A stretch of 64,000 nt of DNA. Source: Ruditapes philippinarum (Eukaryota). The notes under the pieces were generated by a model, which saw nothing but the letters and a program-made list of their open reading frames with translations, had not been told where the DNA came from and did no database searches. The position numbers and the translations under genes were made by a program. The stretch covers positions 124,001 to 188,000 of the forward strand of contig NW_026859122.1 of NCBI RefSeq assembly GCF_026571515.1. Direction: 5' to 3'. This document shows, one piece after another, positions 1 to 11,949 of the stretch (within the stretch, counting starts at the first letter, position 1; each line of letters begins with the position of its first letter).

Positions 1-3000
1 TCAGGAACAATAAAGAATGGGTCTACTGGACATTTCGGTCTTCCTGCTTGATCTCTATATAAATCAAATCAACAAATATTGACATAACTGAAACCTAAAC
101 TTGCATATAAATAACTTGTCACCTCCTTTATAACATTGGGCATGAAATTTGTTAAAATATCAAAAAGAATAAATATAGAATATATATTAATTTGAAGACT
201 GTAAAATTACACATCATTTCCAAATACAAGAGGGCCATGATGGCCCTGAAGTCGCTCACCTGTATTTAGGCCCCCAGAGCGGGCCAGTTTAAACCCCAGG
301 GCTTTTATTTGAACAAACTTGATAGACACCCATTAGAAGATGTTTCATGCTCAACATCTAAGGTTGAGTTTTTTAAAACTAGAAATGTGTCATCATGCCA
401 CGGATGCCCCCGCATGCAGCCAAAATTTCAGATGGTGCATTAATTATTTTTTTCATTTTAAGTTCAAAGCCCTTAAAACTTTTCAATGTTAACACAAACC
501 ATTTTCATACAACGTTCAAGGCACTGAAATTATTCAGTCTTAACCTTTTATAAATAGCATATTGCATATTTGTAGCCAAAATAATGGCTAAAAGTACGAG
601 TGCTGAAACTGAAAGTTCAAAATTTTTCCAACATTCAGGAAAGATAAGTTTGTCTAAAATCATTGAACCACGACCAAATTCAAACTTAAACTGCTTATTC
701 CTAAGATGTATCTATATTATTTTCAAAGTGAAAGGGACATAACTCTGCCAAAAAATCATCAAACCATGACCAAATTCCAACTTGACCTGCCCATTCCTTT
801 GACATATCCATATGTCAAATTTAAGTTGAATACTGTGTAACACTGTTGGGTAGATAATGAACAGAAACTGTAAATTTCATATTATTTTCAAAGTGAAAGG
901 GGCATTACTCTGCCAAAAATCATTGAACCATGACCAAATTCGAACTTGGCCTGGGTATTCCTGAAAAAAATTTCAAAGTAAAAGGGGCATAACTCTGCCA
1001 AAAATCATCGAACCATGACTTTTATTTGAACAAACTTTGTAGACACTCACTAGAAGATGTTTCATGCTTAGTATCTAAACTCTAGCTATTTGGGTTTTTT
1101 CAAAGAAGATTTTTTTTTAAAGTTTTTGCAATACACATATAAGGAAAATCAATGACCCCAGGGGCAGGGCCAATTTTGACCCCAGGGCTCTTATTTCAGG
1201 GTTGCCAGCACTTTGGTGAAATAAAATTCCCTGACTTTTCACTGACCAATTCATGTTTTTCACTGACCAAAATCGTCAAACACATAAACAGCCTCCTGAC
1301 CTCCCCTATAGCCGTTCAATCCTCCCATTATATTTTTGCATGTAAACTTGTATTTATTTTCCAAAATATAAAACATTTACATCAAAGTTATGATTCAAAC
1401 ATTGTGTTCTACTATTCTTAACTATTTTCTATTTCAAACACAGTGTGACATGTTTTGTCAATGAAACATATGACATGAAAATCAAAAGAATCATAATATT
1501 AAGCATCTGTATTAGAAATTCAGATAAGTCACTCGGCCTTCCTAGTAGTAACTCATAAAACACCAAGACTATTAAGAGTAATACTTGAATGACAAAACTT
1601 AAAATTCAAACATCTCTAAAACTATAAGAACAAATAAACATTTAACACAGTTAACTTGTATAAGGCATCATTGCATAAACACTGATTGTGAAAACAAGAA
1701 CATAGGGCTCATTTGGCATATCATGAAATAATCACTATAAAATTAAAGGACTTTTGAATGAGTGAAGTAAGTTTAGTGGTAAGAAAAGGTTAGTGTGAAA
1801 AAAACATAGCATTGCATAATTTAACCAGTTTCATCATGTTTGCAAGACATACATGTATCCTCTGGTACAATTTCTTAGTGTCAAAGCAAAAAGCAAAGAA
1901 GGGCTTTTAATTACTAACAAAATCAAGTCAGTATTACATGTTATACCAAACTACTATATTGGCATATAACCTGCTTTGCTTTTTGCTTTGACACTAAGAA
2001 ATTGTACAAGAGGATATGTCTTGCAAACATGATGGAAACTGGTTAAATTATGCAACAAAAATTACATATTTAGTCAGCTCTGGAGCAAGGGTTGAAAAGC
2101 CTTTCAGTCTTTAGGCTGAATGATGTTCTAAAGGTAAATAATGGGTATTATAATCACTAAGTTAACATATAATGCTTCTTAATATAACATTTTTACTGTT
2201 ATTTGAATTTAATGCTTAACTGTGAGAGTGATAAAGTCAAATATTAAATGCTTAAAGACTGCCATAGCCAAGAAAGACCTTTAATGCGTATATTTTTTTC
2301 GACCTTTGAAATAATTTTTCCCTGACTTTTCAGGATTTTCATTTTTCACTGACCAAATTTCAAAATTCCCTGACAATTCCCTGACCTTGAAAAAATACCC
2401 AATTTCCCTGACTTTTCAAGTCCGCTGGCAACCCTGTATTTGAACCAATTTGGTAGACACCCAATAAAACATCTTTCATGCTAAATATCTTAGCTCTAGC
2501 TCTTTGGGTTCTTTAAAAGGAGATTTTATAAGTTTTTACTATATGCATATAGGGAAAATCAATGACCCCTGGGGCCTGCCAATTTTGACCCCAGAGCTTT
2601 TATTTGAACAAACTTGGTAGACACCCATTAGAAGATGTTTCATGCTAAATATCTTAGCTCTAGCTCTTTGGTTTCTTTAAAAGAAGATTTAAGTTTTTAC
2701 TATATGCATATATGGAAAATCAATGACCCCCGGGGCGGGGCCAATTTTGACCCCAGGGCTTTTATTTGAACAAACTTGATAGACACTCACTAGAAGATGT
2801 TTCATGCCAAATATCTAAGCTCTACCTCTTTGGGTTTTTTAAAAGAAGAAAGTTTTTTCTATCGGTTGCCATGGCAACCAGAGTTCTGCATGGAATTAAA
2901 TTCTTTGAACAATTTTTAAAGGTGACCACCAAAGGAACATTCCTGCGAAGTTTGGTTGCAATTGGCCATGTGGTTTAGGAGGAGATGTTGTTTGAAAAGT

Positions 3001-5551
3001 TTGACGCCATTTTTTGAAGGACGCACGACAGACGCAGAGTGATGACAAAAGCTCACTGACACCCTTGAGCACTTTGTGCTCAGGTGAGCTAATAAAACAA
3101 TTCATCTATCAAAATTAATTTCTCAACATGCATTTTAAATGTAAAATTTTCTCATTAGGTGTTGACTCAATAATACCATCAAATTACCATTGTTTCAAAA
3201 GAACAAGCAAACAAGCACTTCTGATCTTAGAAATAAGCTAAGTTTTGCACTTATAATATTTTAACATCAAAGAAGGAACATACGTGTTACATTTCCTGGG
3301 CAGACTGTACCCCTCAAGACCCGGCTTGACAGCGATGTTGTTTACAACATTACGACAACTACGGCACTGGATAGACAGATATGTTGCCTTCGATCTGATG
3401 GCAGATGCAGCAATGACTATCCCAGGAATTTTAACCAGCTTTGCCATTTGCTCCGACTGAAAATAAGAAGCTAAATCTACAAACATTCTAATGATATCAT
3501 ACTTGATCCATATATCAAATTATGTCTATTATGTATCATATAGTACCTATTAACTGTTTCAAATCTGAAAACAAAATTAATTAATTTCTTTAAAAACAAA
3601 TCAGTATAACTTACTATCTTAAGTCCATCTAATTATCACCATAATATAGACAATAATTTATGTATTCCTACATAGATCTGATTGCACTAACCTTGAGTGC
3701 TCGTATATTACAGGCATTTTCTTTTGAAGTAAGCATTATTTGTATATCCTGAACATCCTCGTCTCCTTCTGGGCGGGGCTTCGTTATTTCATCTGCAATT
3801 TCCTTGGCTGCATCTTCAAACTAGACAAATAAAAGAACATTTTAATGTTGGGTTTAACGTGGCACCAACACAGTAGTGGTTGTATGGTTAATTTTTTGCT
3901 ATGAAGAGGCCTTGAGTAGAAACACTGCCATTTTGTAAGCTTCCTGTCATAAAAGAATTCAGTGCCTCTGGTTAGGGGTAAGTGGTTTGAAGTCAAAGAC
4001 ATTTACCACTCGGCAATGGACGTTCCTCACATGCAATAATTGTCATACCTTTATAAATAAGTATCAAGAAACTAAACAGGAATGATCTTGACAGCTTGGT
4101 CATAATATTGATTCTTAAATATCATCATTTCAATGATTTAAATGTTGAAATAAACACATAATAGGAGGCGACAAATTCATTTCTAAACATACAAGTCAAT
4201 TCATCTTCCAGCAATTTTTTTCTTTCAATTTTTGTCCTTCATTGTTTGAATTTTTTTATAAAAGCAAGATATGTTGTGTTAAGAGCAATTACTATCAATG
4301 CCCAATTATTTATAAATGAACATAGCGATGAAAAAAAATACTGCTTCCAGGAGAATGCCCCTTTTATTACAAAATTTTATGTATTAGAACGTATTGCCAC
4401 AATAATTAAAATTTTATGTCGATATATATATTTCATCTGATTTCTGTGACAGTCCCGGACATTATGGCATGTATGTAAAAGGTTAATGTGTAATGAAAGC
4501 AAAATTATACCAGAGGTAGATGCTCTGTGGGTAGTTTATACAACTTTTCAGCAAGAGTTTCATCAAAGCTGGCTACATCCTCGACATCTACTTCTAGAAA
4601 ATACTCTCCAAGATTATAATGGCGTTTTAGTTCATCTCTGAAATACAATTAAGTATATATTTTGTATGTTTTTTGTTTGTTTTGGGTTTCACGTCACATC
4701 AACACAGTATCGGTCATATCGCGGCATTTCATCTTTACTGGTGGAGGAAGACCTCAGATGCCCTTCCTTGCATTATTTCAGGCATGAACGGGCACCTGAG
4801 TAGAACCACCGACATTATGTGAGCTAGCTGGATAGCTTCCTCACATGAAAGAATCCAAAGTCCCTGTCGGGATTCGAACCCACAGCGGTGAGGGGCAAGT
4901 GGTTTGAAGTCAACGACCTTAACCACTCGGCCTATTTCGTATGTAAATAGGGATAACATACTTATATTCTTAATTTATAATTAAATTTTGCCAGATCAGT
5001 GATCAGTAACCGGAGAGGTTTGGGTTGAAGAGGCGAAATGTAGCTGGCCAGACTTTTTGTCTATATCTCTTTCTTTTGACCTATCCAATTTCTTCTAACT
5101 TTCTTGACCTAGCACCACCCGTCGCGTTAAAATCAAGTGTGATTTCGCCGACGTACGATGTAGTTTGTAAAAAATCACGGCGGGTAGTCGGTCACAAAGG
5201 GTATTCGATCAAAAAACTTTTTTGCCCTGAAATGCCTATGCCTTACATAGAAATTATACTAGGAAATTGCGGCCAAACCAGACCATTTAAGTGACATGTA
5301 CTTTATAAAAGTAACTTATGAACAGATGAATTGTGTCTATCATGCTCATTTTCTTTTCTTTCTTTCAAATCAGTATGCCAAAAATTATGTCACCTGTAAC
5401 GATATGAGAAGTTTCCTTCATGAAATTGTCGTATGAAGTCTTTAAATCTTTTCTTTACTTGTGTCCTGTTTATTTGATCTTCATTATTTTGGTCTTCTGA
5501 ACCAAAGTTATCGCTGAAAAATATTCCTGGGTCATCAAAGCCAGTGTCCAT
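1..5551 (-). CDS. MCM5: DNA replication licensing factor MCM5, 5' portion (exons 5394-5551, 4511-4637, 3692-3820, 3284-3456, 1-54; continues beyond the window start)
   Basis: Spliced translation with GT-AG junctions and consistent phases: [20 protein letters not shown]...[17 protein letters not shown]|[43 protein letters not shown]|[30 protein letters not shown]...IRALK|[34 protein letters not shown]...[13 protein letters not shown]|[17 protein letters not shown]. This matches the MCM5 N-terminal and zinc-finger region. Confidence 0.97.
226..3092 (+). mobile_element. Helentron-associated interspersed element (HINE-like) with internal ~140-bp tandem repeats, interrupted by nested insertions
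   Basis: 5' ACAAGAGGGCCATGATGGCCCT hairpin followed by GCTCACCTG; 3' hairpin TGAGCACTTTGTGCTCA followed by the inverted subterminal CAGGTGAGC; repeated CCCCAGGGCTTTTATTTGAACAAACTTG units. Confidence 0.7.
1197..2436. mobile_element. Non-autonomous DNA transposon with 13-bp TIR and 5-bp TSD (hAT5-like)
   Basis: TIR CAGGGTTGCCAGC...GCTGGCAACCCTG; TATTT duplicated at 1192-1196 and 2437-2441; subterminal TTCCCTGAC repeats; internal inverted repeat at ~1812-2055. Confidence 0.85.
3845..4025 (-). mobile_element. Degenerate, internally deleted copy of the same SINE
   Basis: Shares GGGGTAAGTGGTTTGAAGTCAA...ACCACTCGGC and GGGTTTAACGTGGCACCAACACAGTA with the 4671-4932 copy. Confidence 0.7.
4671..4932 (-). 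mobile_element. tRNA-derived SINE (V-SINE/RUDI-like), near full length
   Basis: Minus strand head GGCCGAGTGGTTAAGG (A box)...GGGTTCGAATCCCG (B box), body ending GAGGTCTTCCTCCACCAGTAAAG and an AAAC-type tail. Further copies occur in the window. Confidence 0.85.
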
Positions 5552-5589
5552 CTTTCTTTTTTGTTTGTTTGTTCACGTGGTGTACTAAC

Positions 5590-5612
5590 GGCGGGAAATC
5601 TTTCGCGGGAAG
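5590..5612. promoter_or_regulatory. Tandem E2F-type sites in the MCM5 promoter (probable bidirectional promoter)
   Basis: GGCGGGAAA at 5590-5598 (TTTCCCGCC on minus) and TTTCGCGGGAAG at 5601-5612, about 40-60 bp upstream of the MCM5 ATG, in a locally CpG-rich patch. MCM genes are established E2F targets. Confidence 0.75.
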
Positions 5613-6420
5613 GAAATCGCTATGTGCTCTTCACGATGAAGGTAACCGGTGTTTATAAACAAAAGTTGCTAAGTCGATATTGACATATTGACAGGTTAAA
5701 ATTTTATCATCCTTTCGTTGTATTTGCTGCATTTAATAAGAAAGCACGATTTTACTTGTAAATATCTCTATTTTATATATTGTTCTTAAAAAATTGGGTC
5801 TGGTTTCCAAGCTAATATTTTAACAAAAAGTGTTTTATCAAAAATTCGTGTTTTCGACCCAAAATGTTTCGACCCAAAGAAATTAACCTAAACTTAACGA
5901 TCGTAACTCTTTAAATAGGAGGGGAGGGTGAGGGCTACACCATCAACTTTCTTTTAAATAAAGCCTCTGTGGTTAGTGAAAATGCTCACAAATCCTGAAC
6001 CTTAGGTTTTTTATGTTTGGACACAAGTTCCCGGTATCGGTCCAATACCGAATTGTAACTTCGTAAATTACTGTTATATACTATTCTTAAAATACCAGTA
6101 CTGGATTTGATACTTTTGTTTTTTTGTAAAAAAAAATAGAAATAGTCTATATGTCGAAAAATTAGAAGATTTTCAAATAAAAGCAATCCAAGAACACGTA
6201 AAACAATCTATGTACTCTTATTATCATGCGGCCAGTATGGCCTTCTTGGCAAAGTTGGAGTTTGCGGTGCGGGCGATATGTTATATAAGTATTTTGCTGC
6301 TCATGTTCAAGACAATGTGACTTTCCAAGGGACCTTTAAAAAAAGGTCACATATGACAGGGCGTCTCTTAATTAATACAGTCGCAAAGAAAATCAAAATT
6401 TTAGAACAATCTATATTAAA

Positions 6421-6831
6421 CCATACACCGATAAACACTTTCCCCAACTAGCAGACGACAGGCTATTCTTTTCAGTAGGTTTTCGAGGAAAGATAACCGG
6501 TTGCGTATCTCAATATATAAATCGTATGTAAAATGGGCTGACATATGGTAGGTTTAACAGTTAATTTAAATACTTTGGTGTCAAAAGATATGTAAAATTA
6601 TATACTGTGACAAAGCTTAGATCCCAAGCTTTCCATTGATGTAATAATTTTTAAAATCGGACATTTAATCACAACAAACAAGCGGTTTAAAAATGGCTTA
6701 ATTTGTATTGTCTTAGCGTATGAGATACCAATTTTACTCGAAGATAAGGGAAACAACTCGTATTTTTTCACTCGATATACCTCGGTTATTTACCTAGTTC
6801 ATATGAAAAGTGTTTATGGGTGTATTGCGAC
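6421..6831. mobile_element. Degenerate MITE with inverted ends, TTAA-flanked
   Basis: TACACCGATAAACACTTT (~6424) is inverted to AAAGTGTTTATGGGTGTA (~6808), with TTAA just outside both ends. Confidence 0.55.
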
Positions 6832-7094
6832 TTAACATACATAACTGTGTGAAGGAATAATATGTAACCAATTGCAATTACACATAGGTACTCTTTATGT
6901 ATTTGATGTAAATATAATAAGAATGCCTTTAAAACAAATATAATTATTATATTCATATATAGGTTTTTATAAGAAATTTATTGGGGGAAAAATTAGCACT
7001 TCCATTTTACTTTGACACATTGTGAAAATCAACTGATAAAGTTTGACTCATAGAAATTCTACTGTATTTAGATATGTTATTTTTTAAAGGAGCC

Positions 7095-10000
7095 ATGGAG
7101 GGTGAAACAGCCATAGAAAGATCAATAAGAGAGTTTGTATATACAAAGATACAAGAACAGGTATTCCTAGATGTTTCCAAGAGCAACACAATCACAGTGA
7201 AGCATCGGTCAAAGCATGGATCAACTGCTTTAGCTATGTTTTGGTTGCGGGTATTAAGACATAAGAATAATTATCCGATGCCGAAATTTCCATACAAGCA
7301 ATTGTATGATAAGCATGGCAATGATAAGGTAAAACTTTCTTTGAAACTTTTAAGCCTTTATTTAAATTAGCTCTTTTGAATACAAAGTGTCCATCCACTT
7401 AGCTTAATATGGAAAGCATTGGATTAGTAATACAGGGGGTCGCTTGCTCAATTACAATTGCTCATAGCTGTTTTGTTTTAACTGTCATGATTCATGTGGA
7501 ATTAGTACTCAGTCACTTTTGACAGTCAACTTATGACAAAGAGATATGTTAAAATTGGCGTAAAACCCAGAGAAATTTGTTAACTTAGTTACTTAATATC
7601 ATCCCAAGGCAGATATGAACAAGATATTTTCTGGATATTTCCCAGAGCATATCTCCTATATGCATATCTATAATGCCCACATCTCTGTCAAAACCTTTTG
7701 TGACGGGCGTATCTTGCCAAAGTGTTGCCCTTGTTATGTTGTTTAGTAATATTAATACAAAAAAGTGATCGCGATCGCCAGTTTTGGGTTTACCAGTTGT
7801 TGTCAAGTAGTCCTGATACATGATGTTTTATACACTTATAATTAATGCCTACATGTTAAATTCATTTCTTTATTTGTTCTTCTTTCAGTCAGTTTCAGCC
7901 CTAATATGTACATGTATTGTCGTTTGTACTGTAACTATTATAAGTTAATGTTAAATGATTATATTTGCAGGTAATATTGAAAGTTGACAGTGTTACCCTT
8001 ACAACATTTATGAGCACAGGTACTTTGATGATTCAAGGACATTTTGTTCTGGAATGGTTTATAAACACATTTCCTAGTATACTGTCAGCATATGATGCTC
8101 CAATCAAAGATCCACAGCGTCTGAGTACATGTTATTCCCAGTATACTGAAAGTTGGAAACAGTTGATGGACGATGATACACTGAAGAAAGGTATGCTGAT
8201 TACAATTTTGATTACATTATAATTTGATATAATGCTGTCAGAAATATAACTTTTGTTTTAGTACCAGTTTATATATAATATGTAAGAAAGTGAAACTGTG
8301 TTCAAGTCCAGAGGTATCAGCAGCTGAGTAATTTATAACAGAGAGGAAGCTGTCCAGCTATGGACTACATATGTCTACTGGAATATAATTGTACCTTCCT
8401 GATCAAGTCCCATAACTCAAGCAGGGTTTTTGTCAAATTATTTCCCTTTTTGAGCTTTTTGAATTTCTGGTTAAGGGTCTGCAGGGAAGTTCTACATGAT
8501 ACTACTTAAGCTATTTAATAGAAATTTAACAAATGTTTCAGGATCATAACTGAAGGACACAGACCAAGATCTTTTATAAATAGCATGGCCTTTTCTGTCT
8601 TTTCTCTGAATTATCCCCCTTCCTTGGCTCATAAATAGTGAAATATAGGTAAAATGTTAAGTAAAGATATCTTTTAAAGAGCAGAAAGTTAAAAGGTTCC
8701 AAAAATTACCAGAATAAAGAATGGTGAGTTGATTTTTTTTAAAGCATCAGAAGAAAAAGAAGTACGAGAGAGAGAAGATAATGCTATTAAAGTCGCTGAT
8801 GATTTAGATACAGTTCTGGATACAGTTAACACAGAGGTGGCAAAGTTTGATATTGAAAATACTACAGTTACAGAGACAGGTATATTTAATACAATGTTTT
8901 ATTGCAATCTTACGTATTGTAAATTCTTTTTAGTAAAATGTGTTAAAAGAAAGATTTTATTTTAAAATGGTTGTTTGAATATAAGCGAACTTTAGCTACA
9001 ATGTATATTTTCCAAATTGTATGTACTTCAATATATTTGAAATTATTTGGAATTAGAAATATGTTCTTACAATAATAAGTTCAAGGTCATGTTTAAGGCA
9101 AACCTTGAGCTTAATTTAAAGTGTATAAAGCTAGTTCTCATGAAATATTATTTTAAAATTAATCATTAGTAAAATTATATTGTTCAGTAATCTTATGTTC
9201 CATTCTTGAAAGAGTTGTAACATAGAATGTCTCTGTAATTTAACATACATTTTATTGAAGTAAAACAGAATAAAATGTGGCAGAACAAAATATTTTTCTG
9301 CTATTTTAAAACGGGTTTTATCCATTTAGCAATGATTTTGCAATTTAAAGTGACATTATGCCTATCCAATGGTATATAGTGAGTGAACAGGTGAATATCA
9401 AAATAAGTTTTCATTTTGCCATAAATACTTTTAATTAACTTCCCATAAACAATAAATTATGCACTTACATAAGTAAAATTACTGTAAAATTAGAATTTAC
9501 CTATAACGCTCAGTTTATAAAAAGAGTGGGGCAGTCTTTTTATATTTTAGGCAGATTTATAATTTTATCCTGAACGTTTTCCAATATCAACTGTTGGTCA
9601 AACACCATTTTAACAGTCAATCTTTTGAAATATAAAGTCAATTCAGCTAAATTTGACTAGGAAAATATGAGCATAATGTCACTTTAAGATTAGAAAAAAT
9701 AAGGCAATTTACTACCATATCTATTTCATACAAACATCTTGGAAGTACTTTTTTTTAAATTGAAAGTTTTGCAGCAAATATAAAGCTTTAGACACTTTAA
9801 ATCTGCATGCTTCCAGGAAATAGAATTTCTGGCAATTTTATTTTTCCAGAATTTAAGTATTATTCAAAATGATTTTTTTATTACATATTGGAAAACGCTA
9901 TACTATTTATAAGTTCTAACTACATGTACATGTATATAGATAAAATAACATTTTCTGCTGGTTTAAATTACTACTTATGTTTTATTTATTTCCTGGTTCA

Positions 10001-11949
10001 TTGGGTGCTGTACTTTTCATTTTCTTTCTACTCTGTAATACCTTAAATTCTTTTTGAGCCTCAGACACTGATTTAACTTGTCCTTTAACATCTATGGCAT
10101 CAGGGTTACCATAATAAAAACTTGTTTAAATGTATCCCTTTTGCTGGCAATAAACACAAAAATGTTGTCAATATATATAGTTATTGTAATTCTATGGTAA
10201 CAGGAAAGGAAGGAAGGTGGTACCAAACAGTGTTACACTTTTACACAGAACTTTTGTATAAATGTAGATAAAAGAAAACCAGTTTGATTAGTTTTATATT
10301 TTAGACTGATTGTCAGATGATTTAATACAATTCCTGGGACACAGTCAAAAGTCTTTCCAAAACTTTTGTCCCATCTGAAAAATTCATTTTAGGATTTTCG
10401 TCTGTGAATGCTATTTTCATTTACTATGCTTACTTTGTCAACTAGTGAACATACAGAATGTATAAGAATATTGTTGTAAATTTACTTGTTGCTATAGAAA
10501 CATCTACATTGAGGGAGAGGTTGAAGATAGCAGAAGATTCCATGGCCGACCAGTTGGCAACTGAGCTTAAACTTATCTCTCTAGATGTAGTATGTAGTCC
10601 TTCTTTTTTGTTGTGTAAATTTATGTGGCTTTTTTTATCTTAAAAATGAATATTATATAGTATGTTTAATGTAACTGTAGATGTATGTTCGAAACTTTGT
10701 TTTAACATAGTTCTTTAACTGTAAGCTACAGTATAATATTGTCACCAAATGACTGAAGCATTTTAGAGGGTACATCAAACAACAAGAACTATAAGTCTGA
10801 CTCACCTTCCTTTTACCAATGATGTTGACATTATTATTTTACAGTATTATTCTAACATAACATCCATGTTGTTTCTGTTTATTGAAGAAGCATACAGCAC
10901 CAATTTAGTTCTTTCCCTTTCTTTAAAACTATTCACACTAACACAGAGCACTTTTTGAAGTTCTTTCCCTTTCTTTAAAATTATTCATACAAGTTTTTTT
11001 GTTTTGAAATAATTAATGTGCTTAGGGTGTGTATCATTGTTACATTGCTTAGAAAAAGAGAATATATGCTTGTGCACAAAAACTTTCATTGAGTGAATGA
11101 TACTTTTACATTGTATCTTGCAATAATCTACCCTTTCTTGAAGTTGGAGAGTAATAATAATAATAAAGCCTTTATTTAAAGAGGCAACATAGTAAGGCAC
11201 TTTTGATGTCAAGTTAATTGATGCTCAAAATAGGTTTCTGTATTGCATGATACAGTTCTGCTTGTAGCAGCGCTATTGAAATAGTCTTATAACAAAGTTA
11301 AAGTCTTTAAACAGTCTTTTTATTTCATTACCTTTTTTTCTAAACCAAAGATTTATGATATTATATAACATTTCTCTAATAAGACAGTTTATATTTACAG
11401 TGGTCAGGAGATACATTAACGGCACAGCTTGATAATCTACGCACCGGCAGTGTACGGGATGGTTCTACATTTATCTACACACTCTGGAAATCTGTACTAC
11501 ACCACTGGTTCAGTGATCCTGACCGTAAAGTTTACATTGTTACGCCATTTCTCGATTCCTCCCGACTTGTTGACGTCTGCAACATCATCCTTGAGCATCG
11601 TCTTGAGGCTAACCTTGACGCGTTTTATGTGCGTCAGAAATGTGACCATAATAGGGATATATTTGAAGTGAAGCAAAATGCATTAGAAAAGTATGACGTC
11701 AAGGACCAGGTTTTTATAGAATACAAAATATTCAACAATATTATATATCCACTGAAAAGGTTTCATGCAAAATTTATTGCTTGTATAAAAGGAAACGAAG
11801 CAGAAGTGCTGATCACGAGTGCCAACTTTCATGGCGACCATTTTGAATATAGCAACATGGACAGTGTACAGTTTCAGACGATGTCAGACGTAGAATTTAT
11901 CTCAAGGTTTCTGGCACCAATCAATGCTTCAGTATTAGAAAAGAAATAA
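7095..11949 (+). CDS. Uncharacterised 409-aa protein: N-terminal TBP-like domain, acidic helical linker, C-terminal single-HKD PLD-superfamily nuclease-like domain (exons 7095-7328, 7971-8190, 8745-8879, 10498-10589, 11401-11949)
   Basis: gccATGG start context and five exons with GT-AG junctions whose phases (0,1,1,0) join to 1230 nt with no stop. The last exon carries KVYIVTPFLD...RFHAKFIACIKGNEAEVLITSANFHGDHFEYSNMD (HxK + SxN + distal acidic residue). The exon 3 acceptor could alternatively be 8751 in the same frame. Confidence 0.85.
9349..9683. mobile_element. Kolobok-like MITE (TTAA TSD, AG termini)
   Basis: TTAA-AGTGACATTATGC ... GCATAATGTCACT-TTAA. Confidence 0.75.

Noticed and set aside
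4865-4932. tRNA gene
   Set aside because: The A/B boxes run straight into a SINE body and tail repeated many times in the window, so this is a SINE head rather than a tRNA.
4735-4959. Similar short ORFs at 4735-4959, 23172-23363, 27401-27613 and 40544-40768 as a small protein family
   Set aside because: All are translations of SINE copies.
11401-11949. Calling the HKD genes Zucchini/PLD6, FAM83 or a classical phospholipase D
   Set aside because: There is no N-terminal mitochondrial anchor or CCCH zinc wing, the motif is HAK...TSANF rather than HHK...GSxNW, and each chain has only one HKD half.
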